Source of the DNA: a phage
Strand: one strand, 5' to 3'
DNA: 64,000 nt
Assembly: GCA_029742005.1 (NCBI GenBank)
Contig: GCA_029742005.1_4113.1
Shown here: in pieces, positions 36,491 through 45,120 of the stretch
Numbering within the stretch: position 1 is the first letter of the stretch
Layout of the letters: each line of letters begins with the position of its first letter
Program-made: the position numbers and the translations under genes
Notes under the pieces: generated by a model
Seen by the model: the letters and a program-made list of their open reading frames with translations, nothing else
Database searches by the model: none
What the model was told of the DNA's origin: nothing

Positions 36491-36832
36491 ATGACTATCT
36501 CAATTGCTCAATCTAACTTTGAAAACGAAATCATCGCCCAGGCACTGCGTTTAAATGATGGTCGGGCCGAAATTAATTACGGTTTCAATTCAGGCGGTTG
36601 CGAAAAATATCAGTACTTTGTAACGGCTGATGGCGGTGTCCTGGGGATCAATACAGTTATTGTAAACATTCAGAAAATTAATTTCAATGATCCAGAAGAT
36701 AGCCAGTTTTACATCACGGGTGTGAACGTGAACTATGAGGATGATTATCTAACTGATGATCACACTGGCGAGAAGTTAGAAAGTGCATACGGTGAAGATG
36801 ATTATCAGTCCGGTCCAGAAGATTTTGAATAA
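36491..36832 (+). CDS. hypothetical acidic protein
   Basis: Promoter + hairpin upstream; RBS AAGGAAA. Confidence 0.55.
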   Translation: MTISIAQSNFENEIIAQALRLNDGRAEINYGFNSGGCEKYQYFVTADGGVLGINTVIVNIQKINFNDPEDSQFYITGVNVNYEDDYLTDDHTGEKLESAYGEDDYQSGPEDFE

Positions 36833-36927
36833 TATTAAAAAATAGTTTGACAATAGATTATAGTACTGTATAATAAGTTACATCAAGGGGAGAAATGATT
36901 CTCCCCCACTAACAAAGAGAAAACAAA

Positions 36928-37140
36928 ATGGCTAATATCTGCACTGTACTGAAAAATGCAAAACAAGTTTTATTTTCTGATCATGAAAATTTCAACAAGG
37001 ATATTACGGGCGTTCGGAATATCAAAGATGTAAAAAGTGTTATGGGTATCTATTGCAATATGAAACGTGTTGGTACGTTCGGCGACAAAGTACTATACCA
37101 GGCAGGGGATTATAACTTTACATTAACCATTATCAATTAA
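36928..37140 (+). CDS. hypothetical protein
   Basis: Promoter + hairpin upstream. Confidence 0.5.
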   Translation: MANICTVLKNAKQVLFSDHENFNKDITGVRNIKDVKSVMGIYCNMKRVGTFGDKVLYQAGDYNFTLTIIN

Positions 37141-37150
37141 AATATATTAC

Positions 37151-37187
37151 CAGTACTATTGACAATGATTGATAGTACTGGCATAAT
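37151..37187 (+). promoter_or_regulatory. promoter TTGACA-17-CATAAT bracketed by IR CAGTACTAT/ATAGTACTG
   Basis: -35 37159-37164; -10 37182-37187. Confidence 0.55.
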
Positions 37188-37231
37188 AACTTTTATCAAC
37201 AGTAGTTAACTTAACAAAAGAGAGAAACAAA

Positions 37232-37375
37232 ATGATCGCACTAGATTCATTCATCGACGCAGTACTGGCAAAAACTGGCGAGGATCTGACCGCAGAACAA
37301 TACGCGATGATCGAACAATGTCAGCAAAACGGTAAATCGGTGAAAGATACTGTTAAGATTATCCGCAAGATGTAA
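37232..37375 (+). CDS. small hypothetical protein (47 aa)
   Basis: RBS AGAGAGAAA; hairpin with Chi octamer downstream. Confidence 0.45.
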   Translation: MIALDSFIDAVLAKTGEDLTAEQYAMIEQCQQNGKSVKDTVKIIRKM

Positions 37376-37474
37376 GATTATAGCCCACTGGTTAACGCTG
37401 GTGGGCTATAATTCATTACCCTATACAATGCCAGTACTAAACCGTTTATCTCGTTAGAATGCGTTACAGGACGT

Positions 37475-37678
37475 TTGACAATGATTAGCATGAAATCAGT
37501 ACAAAAACAAATAGAAACATTATCAAAAATTAAACGTAAACAATACTCCTTAGAATATAATATCAATGGTAACTATCATCTAATGAAAGAAAATAATTTT
37601 ATAGTCATTGATGAATCATTGCAAATTATTAGTATAGTACTGAAAGCATTAATCAATGACAGAAAAAAGTTAAAATAA
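37475..37678 (+). CDS. hypothetical protein
   Basis: ORF only; start uncertain (alternative ATG at 37490). Confidence 0.4.
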   Translation: MTMISMKSVQKQIETLSKIKRKQYSLEYNINGNYHLMKENNFIVIDESLQIISIVLKALINDRKKLK

Positions 37679-37935
37679 TGGCTGTAGGATTCGCGAAAGA
37701 CGGGGCCGAGCAAGACGAGATTAACGCAGTGATTCAGGCCGCCGTAAACCACGCTAGAAAGCAAATTAACGCACAAATAGAATCACTGATACATTGCCGC
37801 GACTGCGGCGATATAATCCCTGAGAAACGACGCCAGGCCGTTAAGGGATGTAAGTACTGCATAACTTGCCAGGAGGATCATGATAGTACTTTTAAACGTC
37901 CCCCGCGTAATTGTTGGCATAGATCTATGAGATAA
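37678..37935 (+). CDS. TraR/DksA-type C4 zinc-finger protein
   Basis: CRDCGDIIPEKRRQAVKGCKYCITCQ = CxxC-N17-CxxC typical of the family. Confidence 0.55.
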   Translation: MAVGFAKDGAEQDEINAVIQAAVNHARKQINAQIESLIHCRDCGDIIPEKRRQAVKGCKYCITCQEDHDSTFKRPPRNCWHRSMR

Positions 37936-38016
37936 AAAGTATTGACAGTACTATCCAGTAGTGTTATAGTACTTACATCAAGGGGAAACATCTTCCCCTA
38001 CTAAGAGGAAATGAAA

Positions 38017-38205
38017 ATGGAAAACTTATCAAGTATTTTAGTACAAGATGATTTCGGTAATCCTGGAAGTGCTATCATTGTTCGGGGTAATAAAGCAACA
38101 TTTGTTATTGCTGGTGGACCTGTACAGCGTAGCATTAAAAACAATGCCGTTACTATTAATAATGTACGCTATCGCTTAGATAAAGAATTGATTCATAAAC
38201 TGTAA
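38017..38205 (+). CDS. hypothetical protein
   Basis: Promoter + hairpin upstream; RBS AAGAGGAAA. Confidence 0.5.
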   Translation: MENLSSILVQDDFGNPGSAIIVRGNKATFVIAGGPVQRSIKNNAVTINNVRYRLDKELIHKL

Positions 38206-38232
38206 TATTAATTTAATAGAGGATAACAATAA

Positions 38233-38556
38233 ATGTACATTCATACTACTATCACAAAGGAAGTCCGTTGCCAGTTCGAAAGTATTCCGGGCGTATGTTT
38301 CATCACTGGTACGTTTTCCCCTGGTGATCGTGATAATCCAGTACTGTTACAATTACGCCATCCATCATGGGATAAAGCATTTGATCTACCGTTGAATGAA
38401 TTCGCAACTACTGCTGAAAAGTACATTAAAAATATTCGCGAGAATGATCGACTATTCATTAATGCTTTTAGTGATTCCGCGTTAAGCGAGATCCACGGCG
38501 TATTGGTTGCAATCATGGAATCAATGGAGAAAACTAAATTCAAACAAGGTGAATAA
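38233..38556 (+). CDS. hypothetical protein
   Basis: RBS TAGAGGA. Confidence 0.55.
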   Translation: MYIHTTITKEVRCQFESIPGVCFITGTFSPGDRDNPVLLQLRHPSWDKAFDLPLNEFATTAEKYIKNIRENDRLFINAFSDSALSEIHGVLVAIMESMEKTKFKQGE

Positions 38557-38639
38557 AAACTATTGACAATGTAATCTAGTACTGTATAATAAGTTACATG
38601 AAGGGGAGAAATGATTCTCCCCACTGAGAGGAAAGAAAA

Positions 38640-38852
38640 ATGCAAGGTCAACTAATCGTTCGTAAATGGTCTGATACTAACGAAAAACCGTGGGATGTAC
38701 AATACATCGGACCGGACGGTGTTTCACGTTATCAACCTGGCGTAACGCATAGTACTGAGCAATATGCCGCCGCTCACCGCGAACGCCTGTTAGAATCCAT
38801 GAAACAGGGATTCTGTGAAAAATTCATTCAAGATCATTGGCTGAAAGATTAA
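38640..38852 (+). CDS. hypothetical protein
   Basis: Promoter TTGACA-16-TATAAT + hairpin upstream; RBS GAGAGGAAA. Confidence 0.55.
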   Translation: MQGQLIVRKWSDTNEKPWDVQYIGPDGVSRYQPGVTHSTEQYAAAHRERLLESMKQGFCEKFIQDHWLKD

Positions 38853-38869
38853 TATAAGGAGTACAGCTT

Positions 38870-38962
38870 ATGCAAATGAATCCGATGATTATTGTTTTAG
38901 CTGTACTTATGATCATTCATGCAATTGTAGAAGTATTAACGCAATCAGGAGTAATAAAATGA
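38870..38962 (+). CDS. tiny hydrophobic peptide (30 aa)
   Basis: RBS TAAGGAG; one TM-like segment. Confidence 0.35.
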   Translation: MQMNPMIIVLAVLMIIHAIVEVLTQSGVIK

Positions 38963-39132
38963 TTCAAGTAGAATTATCAGTACTGAAAGATCTGTTTTAT
39001 CGGATTGGTACTACTGGCGAATATCCGAAGGGTGATAATGCAAAACTTTACGTATCACTCGACTTATGGCAACGCGAACAATTAGCAACAGCGTGGCGTA
39101 AAGGTAAAGCAGATCGCGAGGTGAAAGCATGA
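38959..39132 (+). CDS. small hypothetical protein (57 aa)
   Basis: ATGA overlap with upstream ORF. Confidence 0.4.
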   Translation: MIQVELSVLKDLFYRIGTTGEYPKGDNAKLYVSLDLWQREQLATAWRKGKADREVKA

Positions 39133-39278
39133 AAGAATTCTTATTCGAAGTAGTGTTCCAGGGCGTAGGAAGTAACCAACTGATTCGATCAAGTGGTTAC
39201 AATGTTAACCAGGCATGGAATAACATTAAACAAATGTACCCGAACGCTATCACCTATCGCAACCCAAAACAAGTTTAA
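39129..39278 (+). CDS. small hypothetical protein (49 aa)
   Basis: ATGA overlap; terminator-promoter follows. Confidence 0.4.
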   Translation: MKEFLFEVVFQGVGSNQLIRSSGYNVNQAWNNIKQMYPNAITYRNPKQV

Positions 39279-39292
39279 AAAGAATTGAAAAA

Positions 39293-39325
39293 GGGATTGA
39301 CTCCGGTCAGTCCCTTTGCTATTAT
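39293..39325 (+). terminator. terminator-promoter composite
   Basis: GGGATTGACTCCGGTCAGTCCC hairpin; TTGACT-17-TATTAT. Confidence 0.6.
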
Positions 39326-39416
39326 ATATTCATTGAAACAATCTAGCCCACAGGGTGCATAAATGTATCTATTGTTTGCTGGTGGCTAGTACTATCAAGT
39401 ACTGAAAACTATTTTT

Positions 39417-39601
39417 AAAAAGTACTTGCAAAGTATCACGATAAGCGTATAATGTTTTACATCAGGACGGGGAACGAAACAAGTAACTCCCCGTTAAGTA
39501 GTCCAGGAGTAAGACATACGAAAACCTCCCCTGATAAAATAGTTTGACAATAGAAATTAAACGAGTATAATACTTACATCAACCACAAAGAGGAATACAA
39601 A
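39417..39601 (+). repeat. dual-promoter repeat unit, copy 2
   Basis: Near-identical to 29946-30131. Confidence 0.6.
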
Positions 39602-39802
39602 ATGAAACATTTTACTTTCGGTGTAGTAGGCTTTACAGTATCCAGCGGCGTTTATAAATCAGAACGCGGTGCTAAAAATGCAGCAAGTCGGGCGTATGGT
39701 TCACAGCGTGACTTACAGGTCGGTTATATTAGTAACATTAATAACATGTTTATTCCTGTTTCACAGCGTAAAGCGGGTAACATGAAATGGGAAACAATTT
39801 GA
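39602..39802 (+). CDS. hypothetical protein
   Basis: RBS AAGAGGAA. Confidence 0.5.
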   Translation: MKHFTFGVVGFTVSSGVYKSERGAKNAASRAYGSQRDLQVGYISNINNMFIPVSQRKAGNMKWETI

Positions 39803-39891
39803 TAAAATAGTTTGACAATAGTTTTTAGTACTGTATAATAGTTTACATCAAGTGGGGAATAGTTCCCCACCTAACAAAGAGAGAAATTAAA

Positions 39892-40167
39892 ATGCGGATT
39901 CTACTGACAGCTAACGAAATCGAGCAAGTACTGACTACTAACCTGGAAGACTGGAAACGTGATGCAGATATCCAGGCGGTTCAATGCCTTAACGATAAGT
40001 TAACGCCAGATGACTTAAGCACGATTGTTGATCCACAATTTTATGAAGATATTCACGACATGGATTTAAGCGTAGAGGATGTACTTGATAAGCACTACAT
40101 TGATACTGATTTACAGGTTTACGGTCGTAAAAACTTTATCACTATTCACGACATTTACAATACTTAA
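39892..40167 (+). CDS. hypothetical acidic protein
   Basis: Promoter + hairpin GTGGGGAATAGTTCCCCAC upstream. Confidence 0.55.
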   Translation: MRILLTANEIEQVLTTNLEDWKRDADIQAVQCLNDKLTPDDLSTIVDPQFYEDIHDMDLSVEDVLDKHYIDTDLQVYGRKNFITIHDIYNT

Positions 40168-40254
40168 GTATTGACAAAGTATCTTAGTACTGTATAATAG
40201 TTTACATCAAGTGAGGGGAATGGTTCCCCTCCTAACAAAAAGAGAGAAATTAAA

Positions 40255-40578
40255 ATGGCTATGATCCTTACCCAGAAAGTAGAAATGAAAATTGTAACTT
40301 CCTTTGACATTAAAGTTAATCGGTGGACTGATAGCCACGGCAATACTTACCACTCATGCTACGTGTCTGCATTGATTGGTGACCGCTGGGAAGACCTGGG
40401 ACATGAAACCTTTACTTACGGTTACGGTACACAAGGCGAATACACGGGCTTGGAGATCATTAAAGAAACTGTAATAGGTTTCAACCCGAAAGAGAAAGTA
40501 CTACACAGAATTGAGGATGAGATCAACAAAGAAATTACAGTTCGTTACTACGATGTAAAACGTAAGAAAGACATGTAA
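40255..40578 (+). CDS. hypothetical protein, paralog of 34367-34711
   Basis: Promoter + hairpin upstream; C-terminus VKRKKDM. Confidence 0.55.
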   Translation: MAMILTQKVEMKIVTSFDIKVNRWTDSHGNTYHSCYVSALIGDRWEDLGHETFTYGYGTQGEYTGLEIIKETVIGFNPKEKVLHRIEDEINKEITVRYYDVKRKKDM

Positions 40579-40592
40579 TAGAATCCATTTAA

Positions 40593-40629
40593 AGTACTAT
40601 TTGACATTACCCAGATAGTACTTTATAAT
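40593..40629 (+). promoter_or_regulatory. promoter TTGACA-17-TATAAT bracketed by IR AGTACTAT/ATAGTACT
   Basis: -35 40601-40606; -10 40624-40629. Confidence 0.6.
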
Positions 40630-40677
40630 AGACTCTAACTTGTAGTACTAATTAACTTAACTAATAGGATGTACACC

Positions 40678-41073
40678 ATGATTACTAAATTCTTCGCTAC
40701 CCGTGAACAAGCTCGCATCGTTGCCCGTGAAGAAGGTGAAACATTTAAAGACATGGGCAAAGATGCACCGAAAGGACAACGCTGGGCGGTACAGTTCAAA
40801 GAGATCTCTGATATTGTGAATTCACCTGAACCAGTACTTACTGAAGCAGAACTAAAGCAAGCTCAAGAACTGGCTGAAGTACTGAACGCTCAAGATGACT
40901 TCTTGGAAGGTTCTGATATTCAAGTACAAGTGAATAGTAATGCATGGACTCACGCGGATCACCTGGCAAACCTTAAGCGTCCAAGTGAACTGATTCGTAA
41001 CCAGAAAGAGATCCGTCATGACCGTAAAGGAAACCGTGTAACAGTATACAGTAAACGCCGCCAGGTTATCTAA
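40678..41073 (+). CDS. hypothetical protein, KFFATREQAR family
   Basis: Paralog of 29681-29947. Confidence 0.55.
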   Translation: MITKFFATREQARIVAREEGETFKDMGKDAPKGQRWAVQFKEISDIVNSPEPVLTEAELKQAQELAEVLNAQDDFLEGSDIQVQVNSNAWTHADHLANLKRPSELIRNQKEIRHDRKGNRVTVYSKRRQVI

Positions 41074-41095
41074 TAACTTGCAGTACTAACAACAC

Positions 41096-41120
41096 GGCGG
41101 GTTCAGTTCCCGCCTTTTTT
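41096..41120 (+). terminator. rho-independent terminator
   Basis: GGCGGG-TTCAGTT-CCCGCC + TTTTTT. Confidence 0.7.
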
Positions 41121-41135
41121 ATAGGATAAACTAAA

Positions 41136-41390
41136 ATGATGAAGGTACAACTATCTAAAGATAATATCTTGCGGGTACACTATAAAGCACCACAGAGAAT
41201 CATCACAAAGGCCGTACAGCTTGCTAATGAGTTTATTAATGGTAGTCTATTACCCAGGAAGTTAAGCAACGGAAAACTACGTGTTATCGATGTAGACACT
41301 AACAATAGAATAGTAATTGAGAGTACTGGAAAAATTAATCTATATGAACACCAACAATACAATAAAAAAATAAAACTAATATCACGTTGA
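41136..41390 (+). CDS. hypothetical protein
   Basis: RBS TAGGATAAA. Confidence 0.5.
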   Translation: MMKVQLSKDNILRVHYKAPQRIITKAVQLANEFINGSLLPRKLSNGKLRVIDVDTNNRIVIESTGKINLYEHQQYNKKIKLISR

Positions 41391-41446
41391 CAGTACTCAA
41401 TTGTTTTAGTATTATGTATCTATACCAACACAGAGAGAGAAACAAA

Positions 41447-41665
41447 ATGAAATTATCTAAAATCGAAAAGAAAACTATTGATGAAGCAGTGAAGCACGGT
41501 TATACCTTTCGTAATGATTCACATTTTACCAATTTTCAACAAGGGTATCGTACTATTAAAAAACTAATTGACAAAGGTTTATTAGTTGAAGTCAATAACG
41601 GCAATGGCATTGAGTATCAACCAACACAAGACGCATTATCACTAAAGAAATATTCTATTATCTAA
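41447..41665 (+). CDS. hypothetical protein
   Basis: Promoter TTGACAGTACTCAATTGTTTTAG-TATTAT upstream. Confidence 0.5.
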   Translation: MKLSKIEKKTIDEAVKHGYTFRNDSHFTNFQQGYRTIKKLIDKGLLVEVNNGNGIEYQPTQDALSLKKYSII

Positions 41666-41722
41666 TTGACAGTACTCAAATGTTTTAGTACTATGTACGC
41701 ATACCAACACGGGGAAAACAAA

Positions 41723-41950
41723 ATGATTACTTTAGAAAAACGTATCAAAGAGACTACAACGCTGGTGGAACTGTTAACCGTTCTTAAATGCCGGGTAACT
41801 CCATTCAGTACACCGGACTTTATCAACATGGTGGACGTTAACGGTCGATATCGTATTGCGGTCGAACAAGGTACGGCAAAAGTATTCAGTACTAAAAATA
41901 CGCGTGAAGTATTCCACGCAGTTCAAGTAAAAAAAAGTAGTTGCCATTGA
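41723..41950 (+). CDS. hypothetical protein
   Basis: Near-identical duplicated promoter upstream. Confidence 0.5.
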   Translation: MITLEKRIKETTTLVELLTVLKCRVTPFSTPDFINMVDVNGRYRIAVEQGTAKVFSTKNTREVFHAVQVKKSSCH

Positions 41951-41997
41951 TAGTAAAGTACTGTAATATAGTTTCATTAACTCAAGGAGTCAACACA

Positions 41998-42582
41998 ATG
42001 CGTAACTATACTAAATTCATCCGTTCACTTCATGCAATGGAAACCAACAAAGAGATCCTTTCAGCTTGTCGGTTAGCTGGACTGGAGATCGTCGGTGCGG
42101 GTTCTTCCCGTATTGTATTCGCTTTAAATGATCGGTTAGTGATTAAGGTCGCGAATTGTGATGCGGGTGTAGAACAAAATGAAACTGAATGTAAGGTATG
42201 GAATTTTTTAGATTATGACCGTCCGCACCTTAAACAGTTCTTTGCCAAGGTGCATATGCATTTATGCGATCCTGATAATCTGTTTATTGTTATGGATCGT
42301 TTGAGTACTGCAAGCAAAGGCAGTGTAAAGCATGTAAACGCGTGCAATGAGTTAAAGTACAATATTAAACGTAATACGGTAGAACGCCAACACCATTTCG
42401 CTGATGCTCTCAATCACGTTGATGATACATTATCCACACTAACGATAAGAGATATCAGAAAACAGAATATCGGCCAGGATCGCAACGGCTTGATTAAAGT
42501 ACTTGATTACGGTTTAACCCGCAATATCTGGAATCAGTACTATAAAAAACGTGATGTTAACGCGATAACTATAACACGATAA
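41998..42582 (+). CDS. protein kinase-like protein
   Basis: GAGSSRIVF (Gly loop), VIKVA (Lys), IRDIRKQN (catalytic loop), KVLDYG (DFG-like); RBS AAGGAG. Confidence 0.5.
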   Translation: MRNYTKFIRSLHAMETNKEILSACRLAGLEIVGAGSSRIVFALNDRLVIKVANCDAGVEQNETECKVWNFLDYDRPHLKQFFAKVHMHLCDPDNLFIVMDRLSTASKGSVKHVNACNELKYNIKRNTVERQHHFADALNHVDDTLSTLTIRDIRKQNIGQDRNGLIKVLDYGLTRNIWNQYYKKRDVNAITITR

Positions 42583-42596
42583 AAAAGATTAAAAAA

Positions 42597-42629
42597 GGGA
42601 TTGACTCCAGTCAGTCCCTTTGCTATTAT
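42597..42629 (+). terminator. terminator-promoter composite
   Basis: GGGATTGACTCCAGTCAGTCCC hairpin; TTGACT-17-TATTAT. Confidence 0.6.
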
Positions 42630-42803
42630 ATATTCATTGAGAGATAACTCACTGACCCATAGGGTGCGGAAGTGTATCTATTATATAAGTATTCAGTACT
42701 GAAAACTATTTGATAAAAAGTACTTGCAAACTATCTCAAAGAGCGTATAATGTTTTATATCGAGAGGGGGAAATGGTTTCCCCTCAAGTCCAGGAGATAC
42801 ACC

Positions 42804-43067
42804 ATGAACACTATCGAAATCACTATCAATGCACACGTATACGACAACGTAGTACTGCAAACTACTATGACCGCTAACGATACCAGTACTTTGCGGAATA
42901 CTGTTATTAGTGCTGTATGTGCCGCTATCGGTGATGTCGCCCTGGAAAATGCAAAACACGTAAACGATGGTTTCACTATGTGCAAACGTGATAACGCAAA
43001 ACATATCATCGTAGAAGGTTACGGCGGTGTAGAATATAATGTTTATATGAAAAAAGTACTTGCATAG
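42804..43067 (+). CDS. hypothetical protein
   Basis: Promoter + hairpin GAGAGGGGGAAATGGTTTCCCCTC upstream. Confidence 0.55.
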   Translation: MNTIEITINAHVYDNVVLQTTMTANDTSTLRNTVISAVCAAIGDVALENAKHVNDGFTMCKRDNAKHIIVEGYGGVEYNVYMKKVLA

Positions 43068-43134
43068 TACTGAATAAAGCGTATAATGTTTTGCATAGGG
43101 GGAGATATCCTCCCCCACTAAAAGGAGTATTAAA

Positions 43135-43359
43135 ATGGCTAACTTTGATGAACTGATGCGGGAAGTAGCTAACCTGGCAGAAGAGAAGAAATCATTCGAT
43201 TCTATCTATAACACCGCTCACCGTGATTCAGTACTGGCATGTAACCAGGATCAAAAAGATGAACTAATCGCCACATATCATGAAGCATGGAAGTACTACC
43301 GACAATGGGAGAAAGAAGAAAGCGAGTCTACCATCGAAGGTATCAATAATCTAATCTAA
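43135..43359 (+). CDS. hypothetical protein
   Basis: Promoter + hairpin upstream; RBS AAGGAG. Confidence 0.55.
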   Translation: MANFDELMREVANLAEEKKSFDSIYNTAHRDSVLACNQDQKDELIATYHEAWKYYRQWEKEESESTIEGINNLI

Positions 43360-43370
43360 AAGTTTTATTT

Positions 43371-43407
43371 CAGTACTATTGACATAGCTTGATAGTACTG
43401 ATATGAT
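43371..43407 (+). promoter_or_regulatory. promoter TTGACA-17-TATGAT bracketed by IR CAGTACTAT/ATAGTACTG
   Basis: -35 43379-43384; -10 43402-43407. Confidence 0.55.
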
Positions 43408-43434
43408 AACTTTACTAACTAAAGGGGAAACATA

Positions 43435-43692
43435 ATGGAACAGTTCACACAATATCGGGTAAATCCTCAAGCGATGGCCTACGTAGAAGACCATAAAACG
43501 TTACCAGTACTGCAACCAGTTAAAGGCCATATCTATCGTGCAATGTCGTGGAGTGCGGCCCAGGATGGATATAAAACCGTCGCCGTGGGGATGTATTGCG
43601 GGAATGGTGAATGGTTTGATCCTAACAATCCGATTGCACTTGACAGTACTGAAAAAATGAAATGGGCCGACTACATCGAAGATATTTCATAA
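43435..43692 (+). CDS. hypothetical protein
   Basis: RBS AAAGGGGAAA. Confidence 0.55.
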   Translation: MEQFTQYRVNPQAMAYVEDHKTLPVLQPVKGHIYRAMSWSAAQDGYKTVAVGMYCGNGEWFDPNNPIALDSTEKMKWADYIEDIS

Positions 43693-43782
43693 AAACTATT
43701 TGACAGTACTAACCAGTAATGTATAATGTTTTACATAGAGCGGGGGAATAGTTCTCCCGCCAATAGTTTGGAGTAAAACATT

Positions 43783-43983
43783 ATGTCTATCGCTATCGCC
43801 CTGGTTGAAGTACTGAAAGAAGCTAAAGCCAACCTTATCGATGTACAGATTAAGGAATTGCAAAACGGCTTAATCGGCTGTACTTGTACCGCTGGTGGAG
43901 CGGCAGACTATCGAGAACACGAATCACTCGAATCACTGGTTCGGTATCTTACCATGATCGTTGATGATTGGAGAATCATCTAA
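43783..43983 (+). CDS. hypothetical protein
   Basis: Promoter + hairpin GCGGGGGAATAGTTCTCCCGC upstream. Confidence 0.55.
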   Translation: MSIAIALVEVLKEAKANLIDVQIKELQNGLIGCTCTAGGAADYREHESLESLVRYLTMIVDDWRII

Positions 43984-44000
43984 CAAAAAAGAATAAAAAA

Positions 44001-44033
44001 GGGATTGACTCCGGTCAGTCCCTTTGCTATTAT
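44001..44033 (+). terminator. terminator-promoter composite
   Basis: GGGATTGACTCCGGTCAGTCCC hairpin; TTGACT-17-TATTAT. Confidence 0.6.
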
Positions 44034-44228
44034 ATACGCATAGACAAAAACTAGCCCACTGGGTGCATAAGTGTATCCAAAATATATAGTTAATAACGGT
44101 GAGTAACTATCTGCTGGTGGAGTGAAAACTATTAATAAAAAAAGTATTGACAAAGTATATCAGTACTGCGATAATGTATCTCGTAGGGCGGCAATGGTGC
44201 GACGGCCCACAAAGTTAGGAGATTCAAA

Positions 44229-44561
44229 ATGACTACTTCAATCGCTATCGTTAAAGCTTTCATCCGTACTAATGTTTCCTCTGTATTCATCGACGGCCTC
44301 GACCGTAACGTAGAATACTCAATCATTATCGCACAAACGGCAAACGGTTCTCGGTACATCCTGAATGATAGTGAAGCAAATCACTACTACTTCACTAAAG
44401 CCACTGGCTTTAAACGCATCGATGCTGATGTAGTATACGCTAAGATGAATAAGCTGGTAGATAAGATTAACGCTAAAGGTACTATAGATTTACAGTACTG
44501 GACCGAAACCGATCCAGAATATGGATCTCACCGCTACCTGAATCCAGGTATTAAAATGTAA
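44229..44561 (+). CDS. hypothetical protein
   Basis: RBS TAGGAGA. Confidence 0.55.
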   Translation: MTTSIAIVKAFIRTNVSSVFIDGLDRNVEYSIIIAQTANGSRYILNDSEANHYYFTKATGFKRIDADVVYAKMNKLVDKINAKGTIDLQYWTETDPEYGSHRYLNPGIKM

Positions 44562-44650
44562 AAAGTACTTGCATAGTACTTAGATTCATGTATAATGTTT
44601 TACATAGAGAGGGGGAAATGGTTCTCCCTCCTAAATTAAGGAGTTTTATC

Positions 44651-45052
44651 ATGACCTTCTCAATCACTTCCTTCGCTGACGTTTTAGTACTGGCTCGGAC
44701 TTTTGGTAAAGATGCACTGGAGTACGCTGTAAGTAATGGCACTATCCAACCGGAACAGTGCCGCATCATTGGAAACTGCAAACGTTGGGCGGTATCCAAT
44801 ACTATTGCACTGGAAAACTTCAACGATGGCAACAATGAATATTCTGTTGATGCAGTATTCGAAGCCGTAGACCTGGGCGGTATCTATAACACTAACCTGA
44901 ATGATGTGCGTATCGTTCGCACTGGCTTCGGTGCTTATGATGTATCTATCCGTGAAGCTATGGACAAGGGATACATTAGCAAGGACCAGTTAGCTTACAT
45001 CATGCAGCAAACTAAGGAGCGTAACGAAGCCCGTACTATCTTAGGGTTGTAA
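44651..45052 (+). CDS. hypothetical protein
   Basis: Promoter + hairpin GAGAGGGGGAAATGGTTCTCCCTC upstream; RBS AAGGAG. Confidence 0.55.
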   Translation: MTFSITSFADVLVLARTFGKDALEYAVSNGTIQPEQCRIIGNCKRWAVSNTIALENFNDGNNEYSVDAVFEAVDLGGIYNTNLNDVRIVRTGFGAYDVSIREAMDKGYISKDQLAYIMQQTKERNEARTILGL

Positions 45053-45120
45053 GCGTTACACATCACCAAACATCATAGGCCGCCTTGTAGCGGCCTTAAC
45101 TATATCAGGAGTACATACAC

